A stretch of 39,741 bases of DNA, taken from the NCBI GenBank assembly GCA_027621385.1, contig JAQCBQ010000001.1, positions 1 through 39,741 on the forward strand, given 5' to 3'. Positions 1 through 7,447 of this stretch are shown here, piece after piece. Made by a program: the position numbers and the translations under genes. The DNA is from Bacteroidota bacterium (GTDB lineage: Bacteria > Bacteroidota > Bacteroidia > CAIKAF01). The notes beneath the pieces were generated by a model. It did no database searches. It was not told the DNA's origin and worked only from the letters and a program-made list of their open reading frames with translations. The first letter of the stretch is position 1; each line of letters opens with the position of its first letter.

Positions 1-170
1 CTGGTTCCGTTTTTCAACTTCCCCAAATTCCCGTAGTTCACTCCAAAAAGTGCCCTAACTGTTCTTCGCCACCCCAAATACGTGACGAAGCTTTCCTTTT
101 TTAACGTTTCATCGATGAACTACGAATTTACGCGAGGATTTTCAAAGTTTCAAGGGGAAAGGCCATTTTT
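1..170. repeat. Repeat family A, copy 1, truncated by the window edge. It matches 22738..22906.
   Basis: Direct alignment by eye. The core from caaattcccgtagttcactcc to gaggattttcaaa differs at about 6 positions over about 132 nt. It contains a 9-nt long-range inverted repeat (cgtagttca 32..40 and tgaactacg 116..124) and the 12-nt perfect palindrome ttcatcgatgaa. All frames carry stops or frameshifts between the two copies. Confidence 0.8.
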
Positions 171-332
171 TTTTGTTTAAAGATGCGACATACAAGGGCT
201 GCCTTCCTCGAAATGGTCCACTATGAACACAAATACTATAAGTGCATTTTACTTTTCCTTCAGCAGTAGGTGCATCCAGTGCTTTTTTGAGGAGAAAACC
301 ATCGGGTGTTTTTTACAAGGTTTGAGAAATTA

Positions 333-482
333 CGCCGCTTGCGGCAGGGATTGACGAGGCTACCCCGCAAAGATGCCGGCGGAGTCTGCCGCGCGGCGAG
401 GAGGCGACCTTGGGAGCCACCGCAGCCCGCTGGCAGCCCGCCCGGCAGCTGCGGAGTAGCCCGGAAAGCCCGGCTGCCGCCC
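333..482 (+). repeat. GC-rich 150-nt repeat family B, copy B1, forward orientation
   Basis: The sequence runs cgccgcttgcggcagggattga ... ggaggcgaccttgggagccaccgcagccc ... ggaaagcccggctgccgccc. I counted 37 A/T in about 150 nt. It aligns end to end with 5590..5739 (reverse complement), 20258..20407 (reverse complement) and 37551..37700. It ends 7 nt from the stop codon of the 490..1101 gene. Confidence 0.85.
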
Positions 483-489
483 TCCATCG

Positions 490-1101
490 CTACACCCGAA
501 TACCAAACCCGAATCCGTACACCAAAGACGGGAAGCCGGTGCTGTACACGAAGCGCAAGCCTAATGCTGGGGAGATGCTGAAGCGCGAAATGGGGTGGTA
601 GTTGGCGCGCAGCATAAGGCTGCCTGTTATGCTGGTTCGCCCGTTGTTGCGAATGTTGTAATCGGCCCCTAAGGGTGCAAATGCAGGAGCGAGCTCAAGC
701 TTGGGATGGGGCTGAAAATGAAGGCTGATGCCCTCAGGCAACAGAAATGCCAAGGCCAACAGGGCATCGGCCTCTGTGCTGTACCATCCATTTATCTGCC
801 ATGGATTCGCATAATAGCCGGATGCTAAGGCAACAAATCCGGCTAGGGCCCCCGGAACATGGCTGTAAAAGTTTCCCTCGCCATTGCTGCCGAACAAATA
901 TTGGTAATCCAAACTTATGTTGCGCGTGATGAACCACTCCAGCCGCACCCCTATGCCAATTCCTCGGTCGTTCCCTGTTTCAGTGATTTCAACCAAGGGC
1001 CCCACCCTTAGATTTTCGTGGTCGAATTCCTGAGCCTTAAGTCCTACAGAAATAAAACACAGAAAAAGCAATGTAAGCCCGTAGCATGTATTTGCTTTCA
1101 T
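490..1101 (-). CDS. Hypothetical secreted protein, possibly an outer-membrane beta-barrel
   Basis: ATG start. The N-terminal signal peptide is MKANTCYGLTLLFLCFISVGLKAQ. The rest is rich in Gly and aromatic residues with alternating-pattern segments. I recognised no family. Confidence 0.6.
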   Translation of the reverse strand: MKANTCYGLTLLFLCFISVGLKAQEFDHENLRVGPLVEITETGNDRGIGIGVRLEWFITRNISLDYQYLFGSNGEGNFYSHVPGALAGFVALASGYYANPWQINGWYSTEADALLALAFLLPEGISLHFQPHPKLELAPAFAPLGADYNIRNNGRTSITGSLMLRANYHPISRFSISPALGLRFVYSTGFPSLVYGFGFGIRV

Positions 1102-1212
1102 AGCATGAAGGTAGCAGTTTTTCGTGGGTATGAAGATTCGGAAATTGGCTTGGGCGGTATTTTGCCTAAGGGGAGTTCACTCGGTTTGCTATGTTGTTTT
1201 TGGAGTTTAATC

Positions 1213-2313
1213 TTAGCCCAATTTGTAGCGATTCCCGGGCAAGGTTTCAATTTTCCCTTCCAATTCCATAAGAGAAAGTAGGGCGAGGAGTTGGGCGGGA
1301 GATTGACCGGTGCGAAGGGCCAATTGGTCCAGGCACAATCCAGGCTCAGATTGCAGTTCTTGAGCAATGGGAAGTTCGGCTGCAGAATAATGAACAGCAG
1401 TATATGGCCTGTCTTCCTGCAGAGATGCCTTGGCTTCTAAGCCCAAGATGTTCCATATTTGAGCGGTGTTCAGTAGGGGTTTAACGAGTCCCTCAGCAAT
1501 TAGTTTTAAGGGGCCGGCATAGGCTGTTTGATTGAATGGGCCAGCAAAAGCAAATACAGGTCGGCGGTAACGTAAGGCATGCTTTACGGTTATCATGGCT
1601 CCGCCCGTTGTATTTGACTGCACCAATATTAAGGCCTGAGACATAGCTGCAAGTATGCGGTTTCGTTGGGGGAAAAATTCCCGTTCGGGAAGTGTGCCTG
1701 GAGGGTATTCCGACCAAATGCAGCCGTTTTCTACAATTTCTTCCGCCAAGCGCTGGTTTTGAAGGGGATAGGCGAGTTCTGCGCCATGAGCTACCACCGC
1801 CATGCTGAATAATCCATGGCGAAGGCTTTCTCGATGCACCAAAGCATCAACTCCTCTCGCCAATCCGCTGCATGTAGAGGTTTGGGCGGCACTTAATTCT
1901 TTCATGAATTGCATCAGCACCGGAGCCAAATCTGCACTGGGCTGTCGGGTTCCCACCAAACTTAAAATGGGTTGATGTGGAGGCAGTTTGCCCCGCTGAA
2001 ACAGAAAAAGGGGGGCATCGGGTGCATGGCGTAGCCCAACAGGGAAATTTGAGTCCGGGAAGGGAATAAATCGAAGGTTGTGCTGGTCTGTAGATTGAAG
2101 CCAGCGCTCCGCCTGATCTGAAAAGTGCTGCAGCCGTGTAGTTTGAAAATTCAAGGCATGCTGAGAGCGGAACCCGGGCAAGGCGCTGCGCTCGGCAGGA
2201 AGAAGATCAAACACATCTGCCGGGCTGTTGATTCGAGTCATCCAGCGCCGCAGCGTTTTGGGACCAATGCCGGGCATGGCATACAGCATCAGGAGCGCTT
2301 TTTCCAGCCTCAT
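1213..2313 (-). CDS. dprA: DNA-processing protein DprA (Smf)
   Basis: Motifs seen are GLARGVDALVHRESL and GGAMITVKHALRYRRPVFA, plus a C-terminal winged-helix-like tail. I place the start at the internal ATG (MRLEKALLMLYAMPGIGPKT, codon at 2311..2313), not at the 2433 ORF start. Confidence 0.85.
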   Translation of the reverse strand: MRLEKALLMLYAMPGIGPKTLRRWMTRINSPADVFDLLPAERSALPGFRSQHALNFQTTRLQHFSDQAERWLQSTDQHNLRFIPFPDSNFPVGLRHAPDAPLFLFQRGKLPPHQPILSLVGTRQPSADLAPVLMQFMKELSAAQTSTCSGLARGVDALVHRESLRHGLFSMAVVAHGAELAYPLQNQRLAEEIVENGCIWSEYPPGTLPEREFFPQRNRILAAMSQALILVQSNTTGGAMITVKHALRYRRPVFAFAGPFNQTAYAGPLKLIAEGLVKPLLNTAQIWNILGLEAKASLQEDRPYTAVHYSAAELPIAQELQSEPGLCLDQLALRTGQSPAQLLALLSLMELEGKIETLPGNRYKLG

Positions 2314-2510
2314 ATTGAAGTGGATTGAAGTAGATTGGTGGCCGAGGTACGGATTGAGATGTGTTCGGGCGTACAAAACCCGATTGCAAGAGGTGTACGT
2401 TTGGACCTTGCAGACCAAAAAACAGGTGCGCACATATAAGGTTTTCCAGATTTAATGGTTACTCAATCTGGCCTTGGGGAAAGATACAAAGGTATGCCTG
2501 TAGACGCAAA

Positions 2511-2581
2511 GGCGCAAGGGGCAGGAATGAATTCCCAGCCACTTTTCTCAGGTGGTTGATGTTGGCTTGAATAAAGATGTC
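2511..2581. repeat. Downstream duplicate of the lysC 3' end plus flank (partner 2686..2757)
   Basis: cgcaagg..ggaatgaattcccagccacttttctcaggtggttgatgttggcttgaataaagat matches cgcaagg..ggaattaattcccagccatttttctcaggcatttgatgttggcttcaataaaaat, with roughly 52 of 60 identical in the central part. The period is 175 nt. Confidence 0.75.
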
Positions 2582-2685
2582 GCCCTCTGTGCCCTTCGCG
2601 CCGACATCGTGCCCTTTGTGGTAAAAAAACACCAAGGCCCAACCTCCATTTTTTAACACAAAGGCCACAAAGGGAGCCGTCATGT

Positions 2686-2757
2686 TCGCAAGGTGTTGGA
2701 ATTAATTCCCAGCCATTTTTCTCAGGCATTTGATGTTGGCTTCAATAAAAATCTTCG
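2686..2757. repeat. Resident copy of the lysC 3'-end repeat. It spans the lysC stop codon at 2722..2724.
   Basis: See the partner at 2511..2581. This copy includes the last 11 codons of lysC (RRFLLKPTSNA) and about 36 nt of 3' flank. Confidence 0.75.
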
Positions 2758-3975
2758 GTCTCGACCCAGGGTTTGAGTCATAACTACAGTTGCGTTCACA
2801 TTCGGAATGTGTGGCAGTTCATGCGGCGCATCACGCAGGGTTAAGAGAATTAATCCTGTACTTAGTATTGGCGATAACCCTTTGGTTTGCAGGCTGTTGG
2901 CCAACAGCTCTAGTCGGGCAGCGGGGGCCTCAATGCATGCAATAACATGGCTGGCGCTATGCTGCAGCATATTGATTAAGCATTGGTATTCGGCGCAAAG
3001 ATTGATGAGTACGGGCAAGGCTTTTTCAACGGCAAAATGACCAGGTTGCGCTGTGATTTCAATTTGGGTTTGCTGGGTTTTCATCATCCGTACTGCCTGT
3101 ATGTCGCCGGTTGGCCCGATGAGCGTTCCTGATGCGCCGGGCGCATCGTAGCTTTTTACATGCAAAGGTATTCCGGCTTCTTTTAGGGGAAGCATGGTTT
3201 TGGGATGAATGACCGAAGCTCCGTAATAGGCCATATCGGTGGCATCGTCATAGCTAAGGGCGTTTAATTTTACAGCCTCAGCCCAAATGCGAGGATCGCC
3301 GCTCATGACTCCGGGAACATCCTTCCAGATGAACATGGCATTGGCCTCAAGGGCGTTGGCAAACAAAGCTGCCGAATAGTCAGAACCTTCTCTTCCTAAG
3401 GTGGTGGTTTGCCCATGGGCGTTGGCACCCAAAAACCCCTGAGTTACCACGATGGCATTTGGAGATTCCTGCTGAATGCGGTGCATGGAAGTGCGGATAA
3501 GATCTTTGGTTTTTTGTCGATCAACTTGGGCATTTCTCCAGGTTGAGTCGGTTCGAATGGCCGCTTCAGCGGGAAGTAAAACGGCCGATAGCCCATGTTG
3601 ATTTAGGTATTCTACAACCAGAAAGGAGGAGCATTTTTCACCTACAGACACCAAACTGTCGTAGGCTTGGTCAGTGGCTTCAATAGGGGATTGTATGCGT
3701 TCTAGCAATTGGTTTAATCCGGTTTCAGATTCGGATTTAAGCAGGACTCTGCAGGTGTTTAAATGGGTTAATTCTGTGTTTTTTTTTGCGGCATCGGCTT
3801 GGGGTTGTGCTCCGCTCCAAACCAATTCTAGGGAATTGGTGGTTTTCCCAATGGCAGAAACGACAAGCAAGATATTGGCTTGATTCGTTCGCTGCTTTAA
3901 GATTTCAAGCAAGCGAGGAAACCCTTCGGGGCTTGATAGCGATGCTCCGCCGAATTTATGTACCTCCCATTTCAT
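2722..3975 (-). CDS. lysC: Aspartate kinase
   Basis: The N-terminus HKFGGASL and the segment VVSAIGKTTN are aspartokinase signatures. Also seen: GREGSDYSAAL, and a C-terminal half of ACT-domain length. 417 aa. Confidence 0.9.
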   Translation of the reverse strand: MKWEVHKFGGASLSSPEGFPRLLEILKQRTNQANILLVVSAIGKTTNSLELVWSGAQPQADAAKKNTELTHLNTCRVLLKSESETGLNQLLERIQSPIEATDQAYDSLVSVGEKCSSFLVVEYLNQHGLSAVLLPAEAAIRTDSTWRNAQVDRQKTKDLIRTSMHRIQQESPNAIVVTQGFLGANAHGQTTTLGREGSDYSAALFANALEANAMFIWKDVPGVMSGDPRIWAEAVKLNALSYDDATDMAYYGASVIHPKTMLPLKEAGIPLHVKSYDAPGASGTLIGPTGDIQAVRMMKTQQTQIEITAQPGHFAVEKALPVLINLCAEYQCLINMLQHSASHVIACIEAPAARLELLANSLQTKGLSPILSTGLILLTLRDAPHELPHIPNVNATVVMTQTLGRDRRFLLKPTSNA

Positions 3976-3989
3976 ACCTCAAAGATAGC

Positions 3990-4454
3990 TTAGGGAAACA
4001 AACGGACATTTATCCATTCTCCATCGAGTTCGGCTCCCATAGAGGTGTACCAATCTATGGCCGGTTGATTCCAATCCAGCACTTGCCAGGTGAGTCCACA
4101 AAGCTGTTCCTTTTTTGCCTTTTGAATCGCTTGGTCCATCAGTTTTTTCCCAATGCCTTTTCTTCGGAATTCTTCCTTGATGTAAATATCCTCCACATAG
4201 AGCATGCGTCCTTTCCAAGTGGAAAATCGATAGTATCCCAAAAGAAATCCGGCAGGTTCTTGGTTCAATTCTGCTACCCAGGCGAAGCAAAGTGGATTGG
4301 GGCCAAACAGCTCGTTCTGAAGTTCCTTGGCCTGTAAGGTAACCGCTGTTTCTGCTTTTTCGAACCGAGCCAATTCCCGAATCAATTCAAGCAACACGGG
4401 AACATCTAAGGGCCGAGCTTCCCGAACCTGTATACTTGGTTTAATCAAGGTCAT
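3990..4454 (-). CDS. GNAT-family N-acetyltransferase
   Basis: The acetyl-CoA motif RRKGIGKKLM is present and the length is typical. The tracked start at 4472 is a TTG, so I use the ATG at 4452..4454. The gene overlaps the ddl stop by 14 nt. Confidence 0.8.
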   Translation of the reverse strand: MTLIKPSIQVREARPLDVPVLLELIRELARFEKAETAVTLQAKELQNELFGPNPLCFAWVAELNQEPAGFLLGYYRFSTWKGRMLYVEDIYIKEEFRRKGIGKKLMDQAIQKAKKEQLCGLTWQVLDWNQPAIDWYTSMGAELDGEWINVRLFP

Positions 4455-5439
4455 TGAAATCCAAAACGTCAAGCAGCAATTCAGTTAACACCTGTGTTTC
4501 CGTTTTTCCTGAGGCTCTAATTTGTTGAGGAACAATGCTTTGTTCAGAAAATCCGGGAAGGGTGTTCACCTCCATAAAATACAGGGTTTGGTCGGGGCTT
4601 AGCATAAAATCAATGCGTACCAGCCCTTTAAGATTAAAGGTTCTGTAAATGGATTTAACGTACCTCTGCATTTGCTGCAGGATGTTTTGGGGGATATCGG
4701 CCGGAGTCACTTCCTTGGATTTGCCTTGGTATTTGGCTTCATAATCGAAGAACTCATTGTGTGGAATGATTTCGGTAGGGGGCAGGTAATGCAATTCTCC
4801 TTCAGCAACATAGGCGCCCATGGTTATTTCTCTTCCTGCCATGAATTGTTCCGCCAATACTTCCGAATCTACATCAAAGGCCTGTTCAATGGCATCTTCT
4901 ACATCTTCGGCGCTTTTAATTTTAAATGTAGCCAATGATGAGCCGCCATTGTTGGGTTTTATGAATAAGGGAAGGCCTAGGGTTTCAATCATGGCATCCA
5001 CATCGATGATGGGATCGTCCTCTCGGTACAAAATGTCTTTTGCCACAGGAATTCCCAATGAGGCCACAGTGCGCTTGCTCAAATGTTTATTCATGGTAAG
5101 CGCAGAGGCAAGGACACCCGAGTTGGGGTAGGGGATTCCGGCTAGGTCAAGCAGTGCAGGAACTGTGCCGTCTTCCCCTGGATTTCCATGCATTACATTG
5201 TACGCCAGTTGAATGGAATGTACATGTTCCCCGTCATAGAATGTCCAGTCGTTTACATCTAGCGTAAGTTGTTGTTCTTGATAATGAACCGTCCATTGCC
5301 CATTTCTATACAGCACCAAAATCGGCTCAAATCGTTCATTATCAATGGCTTGAACAATCATGTTGGCCGATTTTAGGCTGATTTCATACTCGCCGGAATC
5401 TCCGCCGGCCAAAACAGCAACAAGGGGTTTAGTTTCCAT
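4441..5439 (-). CDS. ddl: D-alanine--D-alanine ligase
   Basis: Motifs seen are VLAGGDSGEYEISLKSA, HGNPGEDGTVPALLDLAGIPY and an ATP-grasp C-terminus (MEVNTLPGFSEQS). The ATG at 5437..5439 (METKPLVAV) is preferred over the GTG at 5454. Confidence 0.9.
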   Translation of the reverse strand: METKPLVAVLAGGDSGEYEISLKSANMIVQAIDNERFEPILVLYRNGQWTVHYQEQQLTLDVNDWTFYDGEHVHSIQLAYNVMHGNPGEDGTVPALLDLAGIPYPNSGVLASALTMNKHLSKRTVASLGIPVAKDILYREDDPIIDVDAMIETLGLPLFIKPNNGGSSLATFKIKSAEDVEDAIEQAFDVDSEVLAEQFMAGREITMGAYVAEGELHYLPPTEIIPHNEFFDYEAKYQGKSKEVTPADIPQNILQQMQRYVKSIYRTFNLKGLVRIDFMLSPDQTLYFMEVNTLPGFSEQSIVPQQIRASGKTETQVLTELLLDVLDFNDLD

Positions 5440-5589
5440 ATTGGAAAGGTACACCGAGAGGGTTTGGCATGGCTATGGGTTTAGCACTTTGTGTTAACAA
5501 AGATTTCAACAAGGTACAGAGGACTGTCCGCTTCCAAATTCAAATTGCGCGTAAAAGATAGTATTGATGGGGTCTGCATAGATTATTTA

Positions 5590-5739
5590 GGGCGGCAGAC
5601 GGGCTTTCAGAGCTAGTCCGCGGTGGCCGTTGGGCTGCCCAGCGGGCTTGCGGTGGCTCCTAAAGTCGCCTCCGCGCCACGCGGGCAGCTCCACGCCCCC
5701 CTTGCGGGCAAGCTTCTTCAATCCCTGCCGCAAGCGGCG
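5590..5739 (-). repeat. GC-rich repeat family B, copy B2, reverse orientation
   Basis: The sequence runs gggcggcagacgggctttcag ... gtggctcctaaagtcgcctccgcgccacgcggg ... caatccctgccgcaagcggcg. It shares an identical 48-nt central block with copy B3. Confidence 0.85.
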
Positions 5740-5840
5740 TCATGAGCAATGCGTTTGGGAATATCCCCAATATCCAAGCATAATCTCTGGAATACATGAA
5801 TACAAATCGATTCAAAGCCATGTTTCCGCTCCAAATGAGC

Positions 5841-5939
5841 AAAAAAAGAGGAAGGCCTTTTTTTGAACATCAAGGGAAAATCCCCATCATTTCATAGCTA
5901 ACGGCGATTTTTTCGATGGCCGTCACCAAAGCCGCAATA
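5841..5939. repeat. Tandem duplicate of the gdh terminator plus the last 22 codons of gdh (partner 5946..6046)
   Basis: The 74-nt stretch aacatcaagggaaaatccccatcatttcatagctaacggcgattttttcgatggccgtcac[c/a]aaagccgca[a/g]ta occurs twice with 2 mismatches. The hairpin region preceding it is also duplicated, but it is degenerate in this copy. Confidence 0.85.
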
Positions 5940-5945
5940 GAACAT

Positions 5946-5971
5946 AAAAAAAGGGCCGGAAGGCCCTTTTT
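5946..5971 (-). terminator. Rho-independent terminator downstream of gdh
   Basis: The stem-loop is gggcc-ggaa-ggccc at 5953..5966. It is flanked by an A-run (5946..5952, a T-run on the minus strand) and a T-run (5967..5971). It lies 6 nt from the gdh stop. Confidence 0.75.
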
Positions 5972-5977
5972 AAAACA

Positions 5978-7408
5978 TCAAGGGAAAATCCCCATCATTT
6001 CATAGCTAACGGCGATTTTTTCGATGGCCGTCACAAAAGCCGCAGTACGCAAATTCTTAATGCCATCGTGCTTTAAATAGGTGGCCCGAATTTGATCATA
6101 GGCTGTAATCATCGACTCTTCCAAGCCACTGTACACCAAATCCTGCTCATCAGCGCCACGGTCAAGCACCTTCTTTTGCGTTTCTGTAAGGACTTTGCCG
6201 GTAGAACTTTCAATGGCCTGAATGATGCTGTTGTTCATGTTTTGCTGGTACCGCTTTTCCATGCGTCCAAAACGAACGTGCGACAGGTTCTTTAGCCATT
6301 CAAAATAAGACACCGTGACACCTCCTGCATTCATATAAATATCAGGAATAATCATTCCTCCACGTGCCGTAATGATTTCTTCAGCATCAGGGGTGACAGG
6401 CCCGTTCGCACCCTCAGAAATAATTTTTGCTTTAACCCGTGCTGCATTGCTGCCATTGATTTGGTTTTCAAGCGCTGCAGGAATCAGTACATCGCACTCT
6501 ACCTCGAGCACATCTGTGTTGTTTGAAAGCGCCGTAGAACCTGGGTATTCGTGCAATGTGCCGTTGGCGGCAAAATAGGCCTTTGCCTCAGTAGGATCGA
6601 TACCGTTGGCATCGTAAATGGAGCTGTTGTATTCTCCGATGGAAACAATTTTGGCTCCACCCTCGAAGAAGAACTTTGCAGCATGATATCCAACATTTCC
6701 TAGCCCCTGAACAGCAATTGTTTTTCCTTCTATACCTGGAGTTAGGCCTAGTTTTTTCATGTCTTCTTCAAAAGACATAGCATATCTTGTCCCATAAAAA
6801 ACGCCCAATCCAGTGGCCTCGCGGCGACCGCGAATACCGCCTTGAGAAACAGGCTTACCCGTAACACAACCAAGGGCGTTTAATTCACCCATGGAAAAGG
6901 CCGCATAGGTATCGGCCATCCAAGCCATTTCGCGCTCACCCGTACCATAATCAGGGGCAGGCACATCTATACCAGGACCAATAAAATTCTTTTTAACCAA
7001 TTCGGTGGTGTAGCGACGAGTGATTCGCTCCAGTTCATCTACACTGTACGCTCGCGGATTTATGGTGATGCCTCCTTTAGCTCCACCAAAGGGTACATCA
7101 ACAATCGCACATTTGTAGGTCATGAGAGCAGCTAAAGCCATAACCTCATCTTGGTTCACGTTTTCGTTGTAGCGAATTCCACCTTTGGTTGGTAATTTGT
7201 GGTGGCTATGCTCCACACGATAGGCTTCAATGACTTCAATCCCGCGGCTTGTTTTAACAGGGAATCGCATTTTATACACCGAATTGCAGTGCTTTATTTG
7301 CTCTAAAATCCCCTCAGGGGCATTGACAAAAGAGGCCGCATAATCGAAATAGCGAATTACGTCCTCAAAAAATGAATGGTGTTTTTGGGCGTCGGTTTGG
7401 TTGGACAT
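5978..7408 (-). CDS. gdh: Glutamate dehydrogenase (Glu/Leu/Phe/Val dehydrogenase family, GLUD-like)
   Basis: Motifs seen are KGGIRY, the catalytic-Lys motif VPFGGAKGG and the Rossmann motif GLGNVG. 476 aa. Confidence 0.9.
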   Translation of the reverse strand: MSNQTDAQKHHSFFEDVIRYFDYAASFVNAPEGILEQIKHCNSVYKMRFPVKTSRGIEVIEAYRVEHSHHKLPTKGGIRYNENVNQDEVMALAALMTYKCAIVDVPFGGAKGGITINPRAYSVDELERITRRYTTELVKKNFIGPGIDVPAPDYGTGEREMAWMADTYAAFSMGELNALGCVTGKPVSQGGIRGRREATGLGVFYGTRYAMSFEEDMKKLGLTPGIEGKTIAVQGLGNVGYHAAKFFFEGGAKIVSIGEYNSSIYDANGIDPTEAKAYFAANGTLHEYPGSTALSNNTDVLEVECDVLIPAALENQINGSNAARVKAKIISEGANGPVTPDAEEIITARGGMIIPDIYMNAGGVTVSYFEWLKNLSHVRFGRMEKRYQQNMNNSIIQAIESSTGKVLTETQKKVLDRGADEQDLVYSGLEESMITAYDQIRATYLKHDGIKNLRTAAFVTAIEKIAVSYEMMGIFP

Positions 7409-7431
7409 AAAAACAGGTGTTAATTTAAATA

Positions 7432-7439
7432 CAAATGTA
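7432..7439 (-). promoter_or_regulatory. Candidate Bacteroidota -7 promoter box for gdh
   Basis: The minus strand reads TACATTTG, a perfect TAnnTTTG, 24 nt upstream of the gdh ATG. I saw no clear -33 TTG. Confidence 0.3.
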
Positions 7440-7447
7440 TATTTTCC

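Noticed and set aside
260-601. ORFs 260..487(-), 306..581(+) and 410..601(+), with Pro/Gly/Arg/Ala-rich translations
   Set aside because: They lie on GC-rich repeat B1. The equivalent ORFs at the other copies (5630..5866, 20211..20414, 24423..24747) are in different frames because of indels, so the open frames are a by-product of high G+C, not coding.
1018-1367. ORFs 1018..1281(+) and 1098..1367(-) between the outer-membrane-like gene and dprA
   Set aside because: They overlap the ends of better-supported genes, have no signal or domain features, and are of the short length expected by chance.
2459-2729. ORFs 2459..2683(-) and 2463..2729(-) downstream of lysC, the latter showing a repeated PEK(N/S)GWE(L/F)IP(T/A)PC peptide
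   Set aside because: The repeated peptide is simply the out-of-frame translation of the duplicated lysC 3' end. The region is better explained as a non-coding duplication plus hairpin.
3976-3989. Lysine riboswitch upstream of lysC
   Set aside because: Only 14 nt separate lysC from the upstream GNAT gene, which leaves no room for an L-box leader.
5841-6046. The tandem repeat considered as a CRISPR or minisatellite array
   Set aside because: Only two units exist, there are no spacers, and the unit is derived from the gdh coding end and terminator.
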